Of a stretch of 36,367 nucleotides of DNA, positions 28,335 through 36,367 are shown in pieces. The stretch comes from a virus (Duplodnaviria > Caudoviricetes). The DNA is taken from positions 1 to 36,367 of the IMG/VR virus record IMGVR_UViG_3300017914_000784, one strand, 5' to 3'. The notes under the pieces are model-generated. The model was not told the origin of the DNA. It searched no databases and saw only the letters and a list, made by a program, of their open reading frames with translations. The position numbers were made by a program, and so were the translations under genes. The number at the start of each line of letters is the position of its first letter. Within the stretch, counting starts at the first letter, position 1.

Positions 28335-28836
28335 CTACTACCGCCTTTGCTTCTTTGTATATATCCATTGAATGAATTTTAGTCATTGCATCTAGCAGTA
28401 ACTTCATTTCTTCAATATAAACTTTTGCAAAACTAGGATCATTTACTTTAATATCCTTGCCATTGCTAATCATATCAGCCGCTTTAATAAGTTGTGCCGC
28501 CGCTGGTGCTTGACTCAAACGTTCACGGTCAATACCTTTTCGTACTGCACGGTTTCCATCTTCAGGACGACTAGTGTCTGTTAGCCATTTAACTAATATA
28601 GCAGTACCTGAACCAAATTCTTTTTCAATATCTTGTTGTGTTACAGAAGTATCTTCTACTGTATCATGCAGTAACGCCGCGGCAATCATTTCTTTACTGC
28701 CGTTATAATTATCTACAATTTGTGCTACTTCTTCTGTGTGAGTTGTATAAGGCAAGCCCGTATATTTACGGACTTGTCCATCGTGTGCCTCTTGGGCAAA
28801 TTGTTTTGCTTTTGCAATAAACTCTTGCTTTTCCAT
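28327..28836 (-). CDS. HD-domain (p)ppGpp hydrolase-like protein (small alarmone hydrolase/Mesh1-like)
   Basis: AHDGQVRKYTGLPYTTH; AALLHDTVEDT; IKAADMISN. Confidence 0.85.
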   Translation of the reverse strand: MEKQEFIAKAKQFAQEAHDGQVRKYTGLPYTTHTEEVAQIVDNYNGSKEMIAAALLHDTVEDTSVTQQDIEKEFGSGTAILVKWLTDTSRPEDGNRAVRKGIDRERLSQAPAAAQLIKAADMISNGKDIKVNDPSFAKVYIEEMKLLLDAMTKIHSMDIYKEAKAVVDG

Positions 28837-29202
28837 TTACATAATTCCTGTCCAACGAGCAATAGTGGCATTGTTGGCATCTTCAAAAACGTTACCACGA
28901 GCAAAGTTTGTTGCTGGTTGATTGTAACTAGCGGCTTTAAGCATATCGCCTTCTACAAAACCTTTTGTTGCTTTCTTAACAATAAACCCGTTAACACTGC
29001 CACCACCAAATGAACTTTTGTGATCTTTTTTAACAAGTTTAATATACTTTTGACCTTCGTGAATTTCAATTTCCCAGTTATCAACAACTTCTTGATGATA
29101 ACCACTCAACGGCTTTTTACCATTTTGTGTTGACCAATTAATGTAGTCTTCCTTCATTGTTGCAATTACTGTATCAACTGCTTGTTTAAGTGCGTCATTC
29201 AT
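28837..29202 (-). CDS. Early hypothetical phage protein
   Basis: GQKYIKLV...GFIVK...GDMLKAASYNQPA...ARGNV; strong RBS and promoter upstream. Confidence 0.75.
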   Translation of the reverse strand: MNDALKQAVDTVIATMKEDYINWSTQNGKKPLSGYHQEVVDNWEIEIHEGQKYIKLVKKDHKSSFGGGSVNGFIVKKATKGFVEGDMLKAASYNQPATNFARGNVFEDANNATIARWTGIM

Positions 29203-29233
29203 ATTGTTTTCTCCTGTTTCTTAACTATAATTT

Positions 29234-29261
29234 ATAATAGCATATACACAGGATCTGTCAA
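29234..29261 (-). promoter_or_regulatory. Early sigma70 promoter (repeat copy 2)
   Basis: TTGACAgatcctgtgtatatgcTATTAT. Confidence 0.75.
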
Positions 29262-29274
29262 CCTTTTTAGTCAT

Positions 29275-29304
29275 AAAAAAAGCCTTGTATTACAAAGGCT
29301 TTTT
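29275..29304. terminator. Intrinsic terminator, possibly bidirectional
   Basis: aaaaaaagccttgtattacaaaggcttttt inverted repeat with A/T tracts on both sides. Confidence 0.7.
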
Positions 29305-29324
29305 AATTTTTTTATCTTTTTTTA

Positions 29325-29525
29325 CTAAAATTTAAAAAAAGATTCTGCGTATTGTTGTGATTCTGCTTTATCTGTAACTTTGACAACTTTTACATAGTCA
29401 ACTATATCTTCTAAATCTGAAACTAACTGTTTACTCGCTTCTTCTTTGTTTTGTGCTAAAAGTATGGCTTCTTGACTGCGAGGGTCATCACCTACAATAT
29501 ATCTTACAACGTATTTGTTAACCAT
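29325..29525 (-). CDS. Hypothetical protein
   Basis: Start reassigned to MVNKYV at 29525, which has an AGGAG RBS and a promoter upstream. Confidence 0.65.
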   Translation of the reverse strand: MVNKYVVRYIVGDDPRSQEAILLAQNKEEASKQLVSDLEDIVDYVKVVKVTDKAESQQYAESFFKF

Positions 29526-29550
29526 GTTTATTCTCCTAATGTATATATAC

Positions 29551-29579
29551 ACTATACATTCAAAAGAATAGTTTGTCAA
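29551..29579 (-). promoter_or_regulatory. Sigma70 promoter
   Basis: TTGACA-17 nt-TATAGT. Confidence 0.7.
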
Positions 29580-30406
29580 CGTTTATGTAATCTTTGGTGT
29601 ACTTTTGTATAACTATCGTCTGGGCCTGCTACAGAATTAAGAGCAGTATCTAAAAACTCAAGTTTTGCTTTGCTTTTATGTGATATAACTAAATTAATAA
29701 CACCACTATCTAAAAATATGTTTTGTTTATTACCTGCATAATTGGCAGGATTATAGTTTCTTACAGGCAACCACCACATAAGATAACCTAAAGGAGTTAG
29801 TGTTTCCCACAAATACTTAATATGACTTTGTTGGTCATTTACTTCTACTAGCATACTAGGTTTAAATTTTTTAATAGTTTCTATTGCACCTGCAATAACT
29901 TGCGGTTCATAACCTTCAACATCAATTTTCATAAAATCACATTTTACAGGAGCAAGTTTATCTATGCAAACCATCTGTGCCGCATGGAAGGCTCCTTTGC
30001 CTTTTTTCAACACACTACATTCGCCATAGTTTCCTGGAATGTGTGGACTATAAGAACTTATGAAACAAGAGCCTGTTCTATCACCAACTACATTTGTATA
30101 AACTTCTGCATTCATACAATGATTCTGTCTTAAGTTTTGTACTAGTAACTGTCTATTAAATTCGTTAGGTTCGAATGAACTAACGTGTCCTTGAAAGGCG
30201 TGTTTGGCAAACCAAACTGTATGCAAACCTATATTTGCACCAATATCTAAAACATAATCTGTTGGATTAATTAAATGACCAATAACCATAAACTCTTGTT
30301 CACAGTATTCACCATATAATTCTAAACTTTGCCCAATAATAATATCGTTTGTAAAGTATGAAAATCTACCGTGTTTACATTGTTTTGTTCTAATACTATT
30401 AGACAT
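29576..30406 (-). CDS. FkbM family methyltransferase
   Basis: VLDIGANIGLHT; SFEPN; MKIDVEGYE. Confidence 0.9.
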   Translation of the reverse strand: MSNSIRTKQCKHGRFSYFTNDIIIGQSLELYGEYCEQEFMVIGHLINPTDYVLDIGANIGLHTVWFAKHAFQGHVSSFEPNEFNRQLLVQNLRQNHCMNAEVYTNVVGDRTGSCFISSYSPHIPGNYGECSVLKKGKGAFHAAQMVCIDKLAPVKCDFMKIDVEGYEPQVIAGAIETIKKFKPSMLVEVNDQQSHIKYLWETLTPLGYLMWWLPVRNYNPANYAGNKQNIFLDSGVINLVISHKSKAKLEFLDTALNSVAGPDDSYTKVHQRLHKR

Positions 30407-31172
30407 CTTTACGTTCTATATCTTCCTCAGTACACTGTTCACCGTACTGTATTTCGATTAGTTTTACTTCTTCTGTACTAGAATTATTTAACTGATGCCA
30501 TTCACCGACTTTTACATTTCTGAATTCGTGTTTCTCAATTAGAGATTGTGATATCAATCTTTCATCTTTAGGATGTACATGATTATTAGCAACTGTTCCT
30601 TTTGTAACAAACCAAAGTTCATTTCTAAGATTATGCTTTTGGAAAGACATAGACTTACCAGGTGCTATAACTATTTCTTTAACTTTAACACCATCATCTC
30701 TATAAAGTATTTTATAATGTCCCCATGGACGTTCTTCTTTATTGTTTACCCAAGAAGCGAGAAAATCACGGGATCCATATTTCTTTTCATCACCAACATT
30801 ATAAGCAAAAGATAATCTATCTTTACTACTCATTTTTTTATACTCAGGTGTTGTATCCTCTACCCGGTCTCCTCCATTGGCAAAAATAATCTCATCCTGT
30901 GGGTACTTCTCTAAAAGAAGTTCAATGGCATTGGAGGCAGTGCCATCTGTGTCGTCGAAATGTATAACTTCCGAGACCATGTCTAAATGTTTAATGATTT
31001 TTGAGCGGATTTCTAAATTTTGAAATTCTTTGCCTTTTTTACGTTTGAGCCATTCATCACTGTTTACACCAACGATTAATTTGTCTCCAAGTTTTTTGGC
31101 ATTGACTAGATAAGAAATATGACCATCGTGTAACGGGTCAAATCCGCCTGTTACTAAAACAAGTTTCTTCAT
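30399..31172 (-). CDS. Cytidylyltransferase-like domain fused to a mannose-6-phosphate isomerase-type cupin
   Basis: TGGFDPLHDGH; GVNSDEWL; FANGGDR; ERPWGHY; SFQKH; IEIQYG...EEDIER. Confidence 0.88.
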   Translation of the reverse strand: MKKLVLVTGGFDPLHDGHISYLVNAKKLGDKLIVGVNSDEWLKRKKGKEFQNLEIRSKIIKHLDMVSEVIHFDDTDGTASNAIELLLEKYPQDEIIFANGGDRVEDTTPEYKKMSSKDRLSFAYNVGDEKKYGSRDFLASWVNNKEERPWGHYKILYRDDGVKVKEIVIAPGKSMSFQKHNLRNELWFVTKGTVANNHVHPKDERLISQSLIEKHEFRNVKVGEWHQLNNSSTEEVKLIEIQYGEQCTEEDIERKDV

Positions 31173-31191
31173 ACATAGTACTTATCTAATT

Positions 31192-31944
31192 CTATACGTT
31201 CGAGTAATCGATTATAGTACCAGATAACCACTTAAGAATTAATCCTTTGTTAGTTATGTAACCAAATTTAGTTACTTGTTCTTGGCAGGGTTCAGGAAAG
31301 AAATCTACAAGGTCGTAAATTGTTTTCTCTCCGTAGTTGTATACATCATTTGAATCTTTGTATACGAATGCATTAATAATATTTGTATTAGGTTGTTTGT
31401 ATAAGAATCCATCTTTACAATTAAATCCACTTAACGCCAACATATAAATTAAACTTACTATTGTTATATGATGATTTGCTACTGGATAAATTCTGTGATC
31501 AGGTTCTCCGTAAAATGTATTAACTGTAGTAGGAAAACTTAAACATAAAACACCACCATCACTACAAAATGAATTCATTTTATGTAAAAATTTTAAAGGC
31601 TCTTTTGCTTCTTGTAAAACACTATGAGCCCATACTACATCAAACTTTTTCTTAAACTCTACGTCTTCCCAATCTCTTTTTAAAAAAGTAATATTTTTAT
31701 GTTCGTATTCTTTTTCCCATTTAGGATCTTTATCAAATGCAGTTACTTCAATATCTAAAGGTGCTGGATTATCTTCATCTCCATCATCAGCAGTTGCCCA
31801 CCAATATGCATCGTGTCCATTTTGAGAACCTACATCTAATACAGATGCGATACTCTCCATCATTTCAGGATATTGATATATTTGATTTAAAAAATTAAGA
31901 CTGTGTAATTTACTATTCGCAGAGTTACTTAACAGGAAGTCCAT
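31192..31944 (-). CDS. Class I SAM-dependent methyltransferase
   Basis: VLDVGSQNG; FDVVWAHSVL; GGVLCLSFP. Confidence 0.8.
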   Translation of the reverse strand: MDFLLSNSANSKLHSLNFLNQIYQYPEMMESIASVLDVGSQNGHDAYWWATADDGDEDNPAPLDIEVTAFDKDPKWEKEYEHKNITFLKRDWEDVEFKKKFDVVWAHSVLQEAKEPLKFLHKMNSFCSDGGVLCLSFPTTVNTFYGEPDHRIYPVANHHITIVSLIYMLALSGFNCKDGFLYKQPNTNIINAFVYKDSNDVYNYGEKTIYDLVDFFPEPCQEQVTKFGYITNKGLILKWLSGTIIDYSNV

Positions 31945-32218
31945 CGTTTAACATACCTTTCAAAAAGTCAACTTTTATTTCGTCTAACTTTGTTTGTGTA
32001 TTTACTAGTTTTTTCTCAAATACTACAGGATCTACTTTCTTATGACTTCTTGTTAGGTCTTGTACTAATTGGTCTAATAAGTGTTTTTTACGTCTAAATA
32101 CCACAGATTCGTCAGACTCGTCTGAAATAGACTCAATATAATTATTATATTCTTTTGTAAATTTGTTATATTCAAACAGTATGTCTACTGCTTGTTTGTT
32201 TGTGTTATAGTGATACAT
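31925..32218 (-). CDS. Hypothetical protein
   Basis: 97-aa ORF in the operon. Confidence 0.6.
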   Translation of the reverse strand: MYHYNTNKQAVDILFEYNKFTKEYNNYIESISDESDESVVFRRKKHLLDQLVQDLTRSHKKVDPVVFEKKLVNTQTKLDEIKVDFLKGMLNDGLPVK

Positions 32219-32660
32219 CTTCCATACCGGCTGTTCTAAGTTTTACAATGTGTCCTAGTTGCCATTGTTTAGCATCTAGTCCTTTCATTATACCCAGCCA
32301 ACGATTACGAAGTAATGCTACTTCATTGATAAGTGTTTCAAAGTCTACAACTTCATCTTCACCATCAACGTATTTTTCAGCATCTCTACTTGTTAATGCT
32401 CTTTGATATGTTTCAAGATATTTTTTTTTTTTTTTTCGTCTAATTTTTCTTAATTGAATATTAAGATAGTTAAGCACCGCTTCAATCTCTTGTAATTGAT
32501 TAAAGCGATGCTCTGTAATACCTGGTAAAGCACGAATGCTTTTTTCTACAATACCATATATACCTACGTCTTTTTTTGCTTCTTGTATTTCATTATCATA
32601 GTAAGCAATAAAATCAGGTAGTTTAGATATGTCGTGTGTTACTTTACCGTACCAACTCAT
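32205..32660 (-). CDS. uvsY: Recombination mediator UvsY
   Basis: Helical protein with SRDAEKYVDGE and KQWQLGHIVKLRTAG; near uvsX and gp32; start MSWY at 32660. Confidence 0.78.
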   Translation of the reverse strand: MSWYGKVTHDISKLPDFIAYYDNEIQEAKKDVGIYGIVEKSIRALPGITEHRFNQLQEIEAVLNYLNIQLRKIRRKKKKKYLETYQRALTSRDAEKYVDGEDEVVDFETLINEVALLRNRWLGIMKGLDAKQWQLGHIVKLRTAGMEDVSL

Positions 32661-32887
32661 TATTGATCCCAAATATCTTCGTCGTCGACTAGTTCTTCTT
32701 CAGGTAAAGCATCTTTAACAGACTGTTCTACATACTTGTCTTCTTGTCCTAGTTTAGCAATAGCATCTTCCGATACTCCTAAATCTACAAGAATAGACAC
32801 TAAATGGTCAGCCGCAGTTTGTCTATCTTTTGTTGAAATATATTCTTTCAATGTATTCCATATTTCAATAATGCTATCTTCTTCCAT
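32660..32887 (-). CDS. Small acidic hypothetical protein
   Basis: 75 aa; lies between uvsX and uvsY. Confidence 0.75.
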   Translation of the reverse strand: MEEDSIIEIWNTLKEYISTKDRQTAADHLVSILVDLGVSEDAIAKLGQEDKYVEQSVKDALPEEELVDDEDIWDQ

Positions 32888-32896
32888 ATTACTTTC

Positions 32897-33970
32897 CTAT
32901 TCTTCAGTTGTTTCTTCCACTACATTTTCAGTAGTTTCTTCTTCACTACTTATTTCAACTGAACCAGAAGCAACGTCTTTCATAATAACATCAAGTTTTT
33001 CACCTGTCCAGTTTTTACGAAACTCAATATGCTCTGTTCCATCTTTAGCAATATACTGAAGTCTATTACCAGATTTTTTAAGCAAGTTTGCTTTTTCGAA
33101 CAAATCAATAAGACCACTATATGGATCCATTCCTTGCTCATATGGAATCTTAACTTGTACTCCTTCAAAAGGTTTACTGTATCTTGTTTTCATAACTTTA
33201 CAAGCCGCTCTAATACCTCTTACATCAGATACTTTGTTTCCATCTTCATCTTCTTTTAGTTTAAGTTTTCTCATAGCAACAACAATACTACTTGCATAGA
33301 TAAATCCTTGTCCACCTGATATTTTATCATCAGGGTCAAACATATCTTGCGAAGCATATGTATGGTTAGTTGCTACTAGTCCTACATTATGACTACCAAA
33401 CATATTAACTGCATTTCTTACAAGTGCCGTAAGTGCTTTAGGTTTTCTACCCATGTCACCTTTTAAGTCACCCTTATCAAATTGATCAACATCTGTTGGT
33501 GTCAATAACATACCTAAACTGTCAATTACAAACAGAACTTTAGGTCTTTCACCTTCTGCCATGTCGCGATAATCTTTCATAAACGTACTAATTGTTTTAG
33601 CAACGTCATCAATCATGCTCATGCTTAATTTAAGTAGTTTACTTTCACTTGTATCTACGCCAAGTGCTTTTAGCCATGTTTCATCAAGTGCATTTTCACT
33701 GTCAATAAGAACAACAAAAATACCTTGCTCTTGGGCGTGTTTTACAATGTTACCACTTACAAAATAACTTTTACCTGCACCCGACTCACCTGCGAATACA
33801 GTTACTTTACCTAGTGGAATACCTTTATTAAATTCTCCACTTACTAGATAGTTTAATGCATAACTTCCTGTGCTAATCCAATCTGTTGGATCATTGAAAC
33901 CAATGCTTAAACCATCAATACTTTTCGTAATATCTTTACGAAATTTACTCACGTCAAATGGTTTTGCCAT
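32897..33970 (-). CDS. uvsX: RecA-like recombinase UvsX
   Basis: ISTGSYALN; GESGAGKS; IDSENALD; VIDSLG; TNHTY; SGGQG; KTRYSKP. Confidence 0.93.
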   Translation of the reverse strand: MAKPFDVSKFRKDITKSIDGLSIGFNDPTDWISTGSYALNYLVSGEFNKGIPLGKVTVFAGESGAGKSYFVSGNIVKHAQEQGIFVVLIDSENALDETWLKALGVDTSESKLLKLSMSMIDDVAKTISTFMKDYRDMAEGERPKVLFVIDSLGMLLTPTDVDQFDKGDLKGDMGRKPKALTALVRNAVNMFGSHNVGLVATNHTYASQDMFDPDDKISGGQGFIYASSIVVAMRKLKLKEDEDGNKVSDVRGIRAACKVMKTRYSKPFEGVQVKIPYEQGMDPYSGLIDLFEKANLLKKSGNRLQYIAKDGTEHIEFRKNWTGEKLDVIMKDVASGSVEISSEEETTENVVEETTEE

Positions 33971-33992
33971 ATACTAATTCTCCATTAAATTA

Positions 33993-34014
33993 GGAGACGA
34001 CCGAAGCCGTCTCC
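33993..34014 (-). terminator. C(UUCG)G hairpin between gp32 and uvsX
   Basis: ggagacggc-ttcg-gtcgtctcc with a weak U tract. Confidence 0.65.
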
Positions 34015-34026
34015 CTTATTATTATA

Positions 34027-35022
34027 TTACTTCTGTCTTGAACGAATCATTGCCAAAATATCTTCAGCACGTTGTCCACCACTAGTATCAGCACTAGGAG
34101 TTTCAACAGGAGTTTCTGCTACTGCTTCAGTAGTATTAGCAGTTTCTACTGGTGCAGTTGTTGTAGCAGTTGTCTGATTAGTTTCAGCAGGTGCCGTTGC
34201 AGGCGCCACTGTTTTAGCATTACCTGTATCAGGTAATTGTACGCCAGATGGACGGAAATACTGTCCAAATTTTTCGGCGTCATAAGCCTTACCATCAACA
34301 CTATCTTCAAACATTTGTTTGATAATGCCTAGTTCAGCCTCGCTTGGCTTCTTAGGAAGGAAGTCGTTTAAGTCAAATAGACCATATGAGTCTACTGCTT
34401 TTTGTTCCGCTTCTGTTAGTGCAGATTCTTTACGAGCCCAATTACTTGTACTGTAGTCTGCATAACCACCTTTAGAAGTTTTTACAACACGGAAGTCAAT
34501 ACCTTTAGAATAATCTGTTGGTAATTCTTCCATATCTGGATCCATCAAACTTGCTTTAATAATATTAAATAGTTGTGGTCCCATAATAAACCTACGAATA
34601 GGATTCTCTGGAGATTCTTCATCTAGTGGATTCTCACGGACAAACCCTTGGAATACATAAGATTTCTTTTTCCAATACTTACGACCCATATCTTCAAGAC
34701 TTGAATCTTTAAACCAAGGACGTACCTCAGATAGAATTGGACAAGAACCTACTGGTTCCCACATTTCCATACAAGGAACTTGTACAGTAATAGGTTTACT
34801 ATCAACTTGTCCTTTAATGCCCTGGAACGGTAAACGAATCATTGCTCGTTCGGCCCAGAAAAATGTGTTGCTTGAATTTGCGTCAGGAAGGAATCTAAGT
34901 GTAGCAGTGCTACCTTCTGAAATATTCCAATGTGGGTAAATTGCGTTATCGCCGCCGCTACCGCCAGTTGTGCGGGTTTCTTGTGCTTGTAGTTTCGCAC
35001 GGATTTCAGCCAATGTTGCCAT
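34027..35022 (-). CDS. Single-stranded DNA-binding protein (T4 gp32-like)
   Basis: ATLRFLPD; CPI; GIDFRVVKT.KGGYADYSTS; A/T-rich linker; AEDILAMIRSRQ tail. Confidence 0.9.
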   Translation of the reverse strand: MATLAEIRAKLQAQETRTTGGSGGDNAIYPHWNISEGSTATLRFLPDANSSNTFFWAERAMIRLPFQGIKGQVDSKPITVQVPCMEMWEPVGSCPILSEVRPWFKDSSLEDMGRKYWKKKSYVFQGFVRENPLDEESPENPIRRFIMGPQLFNIIKASLMDPDMEELPTDYSKGIDFRVVKTSKGGYADYSTSNWARKESALTEAEQKAVDSYGLFDLNDFLPKKPSEAELGIIKQMFEDSVDGKAYDAEKFGQYFRPSGVQLPDTGNAKTVAPATAPAETNQTTATTTAPVETANTTEAVAETPVETPSADTSGGQRAEDILAMIRSRQK

Positions 35023-35099
35023 AATATATGCCTCTCTTATTGCCTAGTTTTAGTTGTTTAAATTGCCAAGATAGCAACTTTTCTTTAGTGTTGCTAACA

Positions 35100-35128
35100 A
35101 TTATATTTATCATCTCTGTCAAAGTCAA
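35100..35128 (-). promoter_or_regulatory. Sigma70 promoter of gp32 with overlapping late motif
   Basis: TTGACT-17 nt-TATAAT; ATAAATA at 35104-35110. Confidence 0.75.
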
Positions 35129-35159
35129 CCTTTTTTTCTGAAATAATGGAAATAATTGT

Positions 35160-35382
35160 TACTACACCCCTGGGAGGGCCTTGCTGTGAACTCACCCCCA
35201 ACTTTCGAATAGCAGATCACATCTAATTGTTGCAAGGTTTAAATGTGAAATTTACTCGAACCACCTCCTTCTAAACCAACCCACTCGGGCGCCTAAAAGA
35301 ATTTAGTGTGCGTTACATCTCTGCCGAAACGTTATTCCGCCACCAAGTCCTAGAATCAATTACTTTCTAGGTTGTGTAGTTA
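35160..35382 (-). ncRNA. Structured ~220-nt ncRNA (possibly manA-motif-like)
   Basis: GC-richer intergenic block. Terminal stem actacac/gtgtagt. Hairpins cctagaa/ttctagg, acgtttc-GGCA-gagatgt, and tcacatttaa/ttagatgtga nested in ttcgagta/tattcgaa. G-U pairs indicate the minus strand. Has its own promoter. Confidence 0.72.
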
Positions 35383-35388
35383 ATAGTT

Positions 35389-35417
35389 AATATATATGAA
35401 ATGAGATTAAATGTCAA
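35389..35417 (-). promoter_or_regulatory. Sigma70 promoter of the ncRNA
   Basis: TTGACA-17 nt-TATATT; predicted start site next to the 5' stem. Confidence 0.7.
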
Positions 35418-35425
35418 CCAGAAAT

Positions 35426-35611
35426 TTATCTTTTATTTTCTTGGTTCCATCTTATTGGACAATATATGTTAACAAAGAGCCAATACCAACCCCAAACTCC
35501 AAAAATTCCCCATAGATTTTGCGGATATGGAGCATAGAGTATAGTAATGACCCCTTGCAACATGAAGTTGGTAAAGAAATATATCGATATATAATCAAAC
35601 CAACGTATCAC
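35426..35611 (-). CDS. Small hydrophobic membrane protein
   Basis: 61 aa; two aromatic-rich hydrophobic segments. Confidence 0.5.
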   Translation of the reverse strand: MIRWFDYISIYFFTNFMLQGVITILYAPYPQNLWGIFGVWGWYWLFVNIYCPIRWNQENKR

Positions 35612-36367
35612 TTATTTTCCTAGGTTTTCTTTGTAAACACTGGCTAATCCAAGTGCTTCAGTATTAAATTTAACTAGGTTTTGTAATGCTTCATTATTAA
35701 TGAATGTCATTAGAGTATCTCTATGTGCATTACCTTCAGCACCAATTACCCAACCATAGTCTCCTACTTTCTTCTGAATCACTGCCATAGCATCAGCATC
35801 TTGACTCATTTCAGTAAGGGCTTTGATTAATTTATCAGTGTTAGGGTTGCCTTTGTTTACCCACAATGCTTTTTGTAAACCATCACGGAATGATTTAACT
35901 AGTTTGTATGCATTGTACATATCGCCACTAGGTGCTACACCCCAACGTTTTTCAAATAGAATTTCAAATTGAAATCCTGGATAATTTGGATCATCTGCAT
36001 GACTGCCATCTGGTTGTAAAATACCATGATGAAACCAAAGTTCTGCATTTTCGTTTCCTGCAACGTGTTTTTTATATGCCGCTGGATTTTCTCTAGTACC
36101 ATTTAGTTCACCACGTTTAAATGCTAAACGTCTTTCACCACCTGACATCCCTTTTACCCAAGTTACGTTTTCTTTAAAACAAGCAGTATATTCATCAATT
36201 GATTTGTCTGGTCCACAAATTAACATTGTAAATGCAAATGCTTCTGGTACCATACCCGAACCTGCCGCAAAACTTGGCTTGTCCATATCTGCACCTTTTA
36301 GTTTACCTGCAATAATATTCAAGTTCATAAGACCAATTGAGTCATATTCTGCATAGTTGTAATCTAC
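35612..36367 (-). CDS. TctC/Bug-like tripartite tricarboxylate transporter substrate-binding protein (5' end outside window)
   Basis: Frame stays open to the window edge; WVKGMSGGERRLAFKRGELN and KALWVNKGNP resemble Bug/TctC motifs. Confidence 0.55.
   Translation of the reverse strand, partial: VDYNYAEYDSIGLMNLNIIAGKLKGADMDKPSFAAGSGMVPEAFAFTMLICGPDKSIDEYTACFKENVTWVKGMSGGERRLAFKRGELNGTRENPAAYKKHVAGNENAELWFHHGILQPDGSHADDPNYPGFQFEILFEKRWGVAPSGDMYNAYKLVKSFRDGLQKALWVNKGNPNTDKLIKALTEMSQDADAMAVIQKKVGDYGWVIGAEGNAHRDTLMTFINNEALQNLVKFNTEALGLASVYKENLGK

Noticed and set aside
35160-35382. tRNA, tmRNA, RNase P or 6S identity for the ncRNA
   Set aside because: No cloverleaf or CCA end, no RNase P GAGGAAAGUCC signature, and the fold is multibranched rather than a long rod.
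1-36367. Stop-codon reassignment
   Set aside because: Genes are full-length and tightly packed under the standard bacterial code.

Overview
AT-rich, densely coding segment of a large T4-like tailed phage genome, almost all on the minus strand. It is probably aquatic, and the FdxA ferredoxin and TctC-like genes suggest a proteobacterial host. From left to right it holds: partial nrdA; a tail/fibre protein and an exonuclease; a ~10 kb late cluster of likely capsid-internal proteins with T4-style capsid-targeting N-termini (including a P-loop kinase, a ligase-superfamily protein and a 757-aa membrane-active candidate); lipase; helicase/primase; ferredoxin; a ~193-aa miniature DnaE-like polymerase; clamp-loader subunit; ClpP; UvsW; an early cassette (AAA ATPase, Smr nuclease, (p)ppGpp hydrolase) behind repeated sigma70 promoters; glycan-modifying enzymes; uvsY-uvsX-gp32; a ~220-nt structured ncRNA with its own promoter; and a partial TctC-like gene. 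All calls come from reading motifs by eye; no searches were run.
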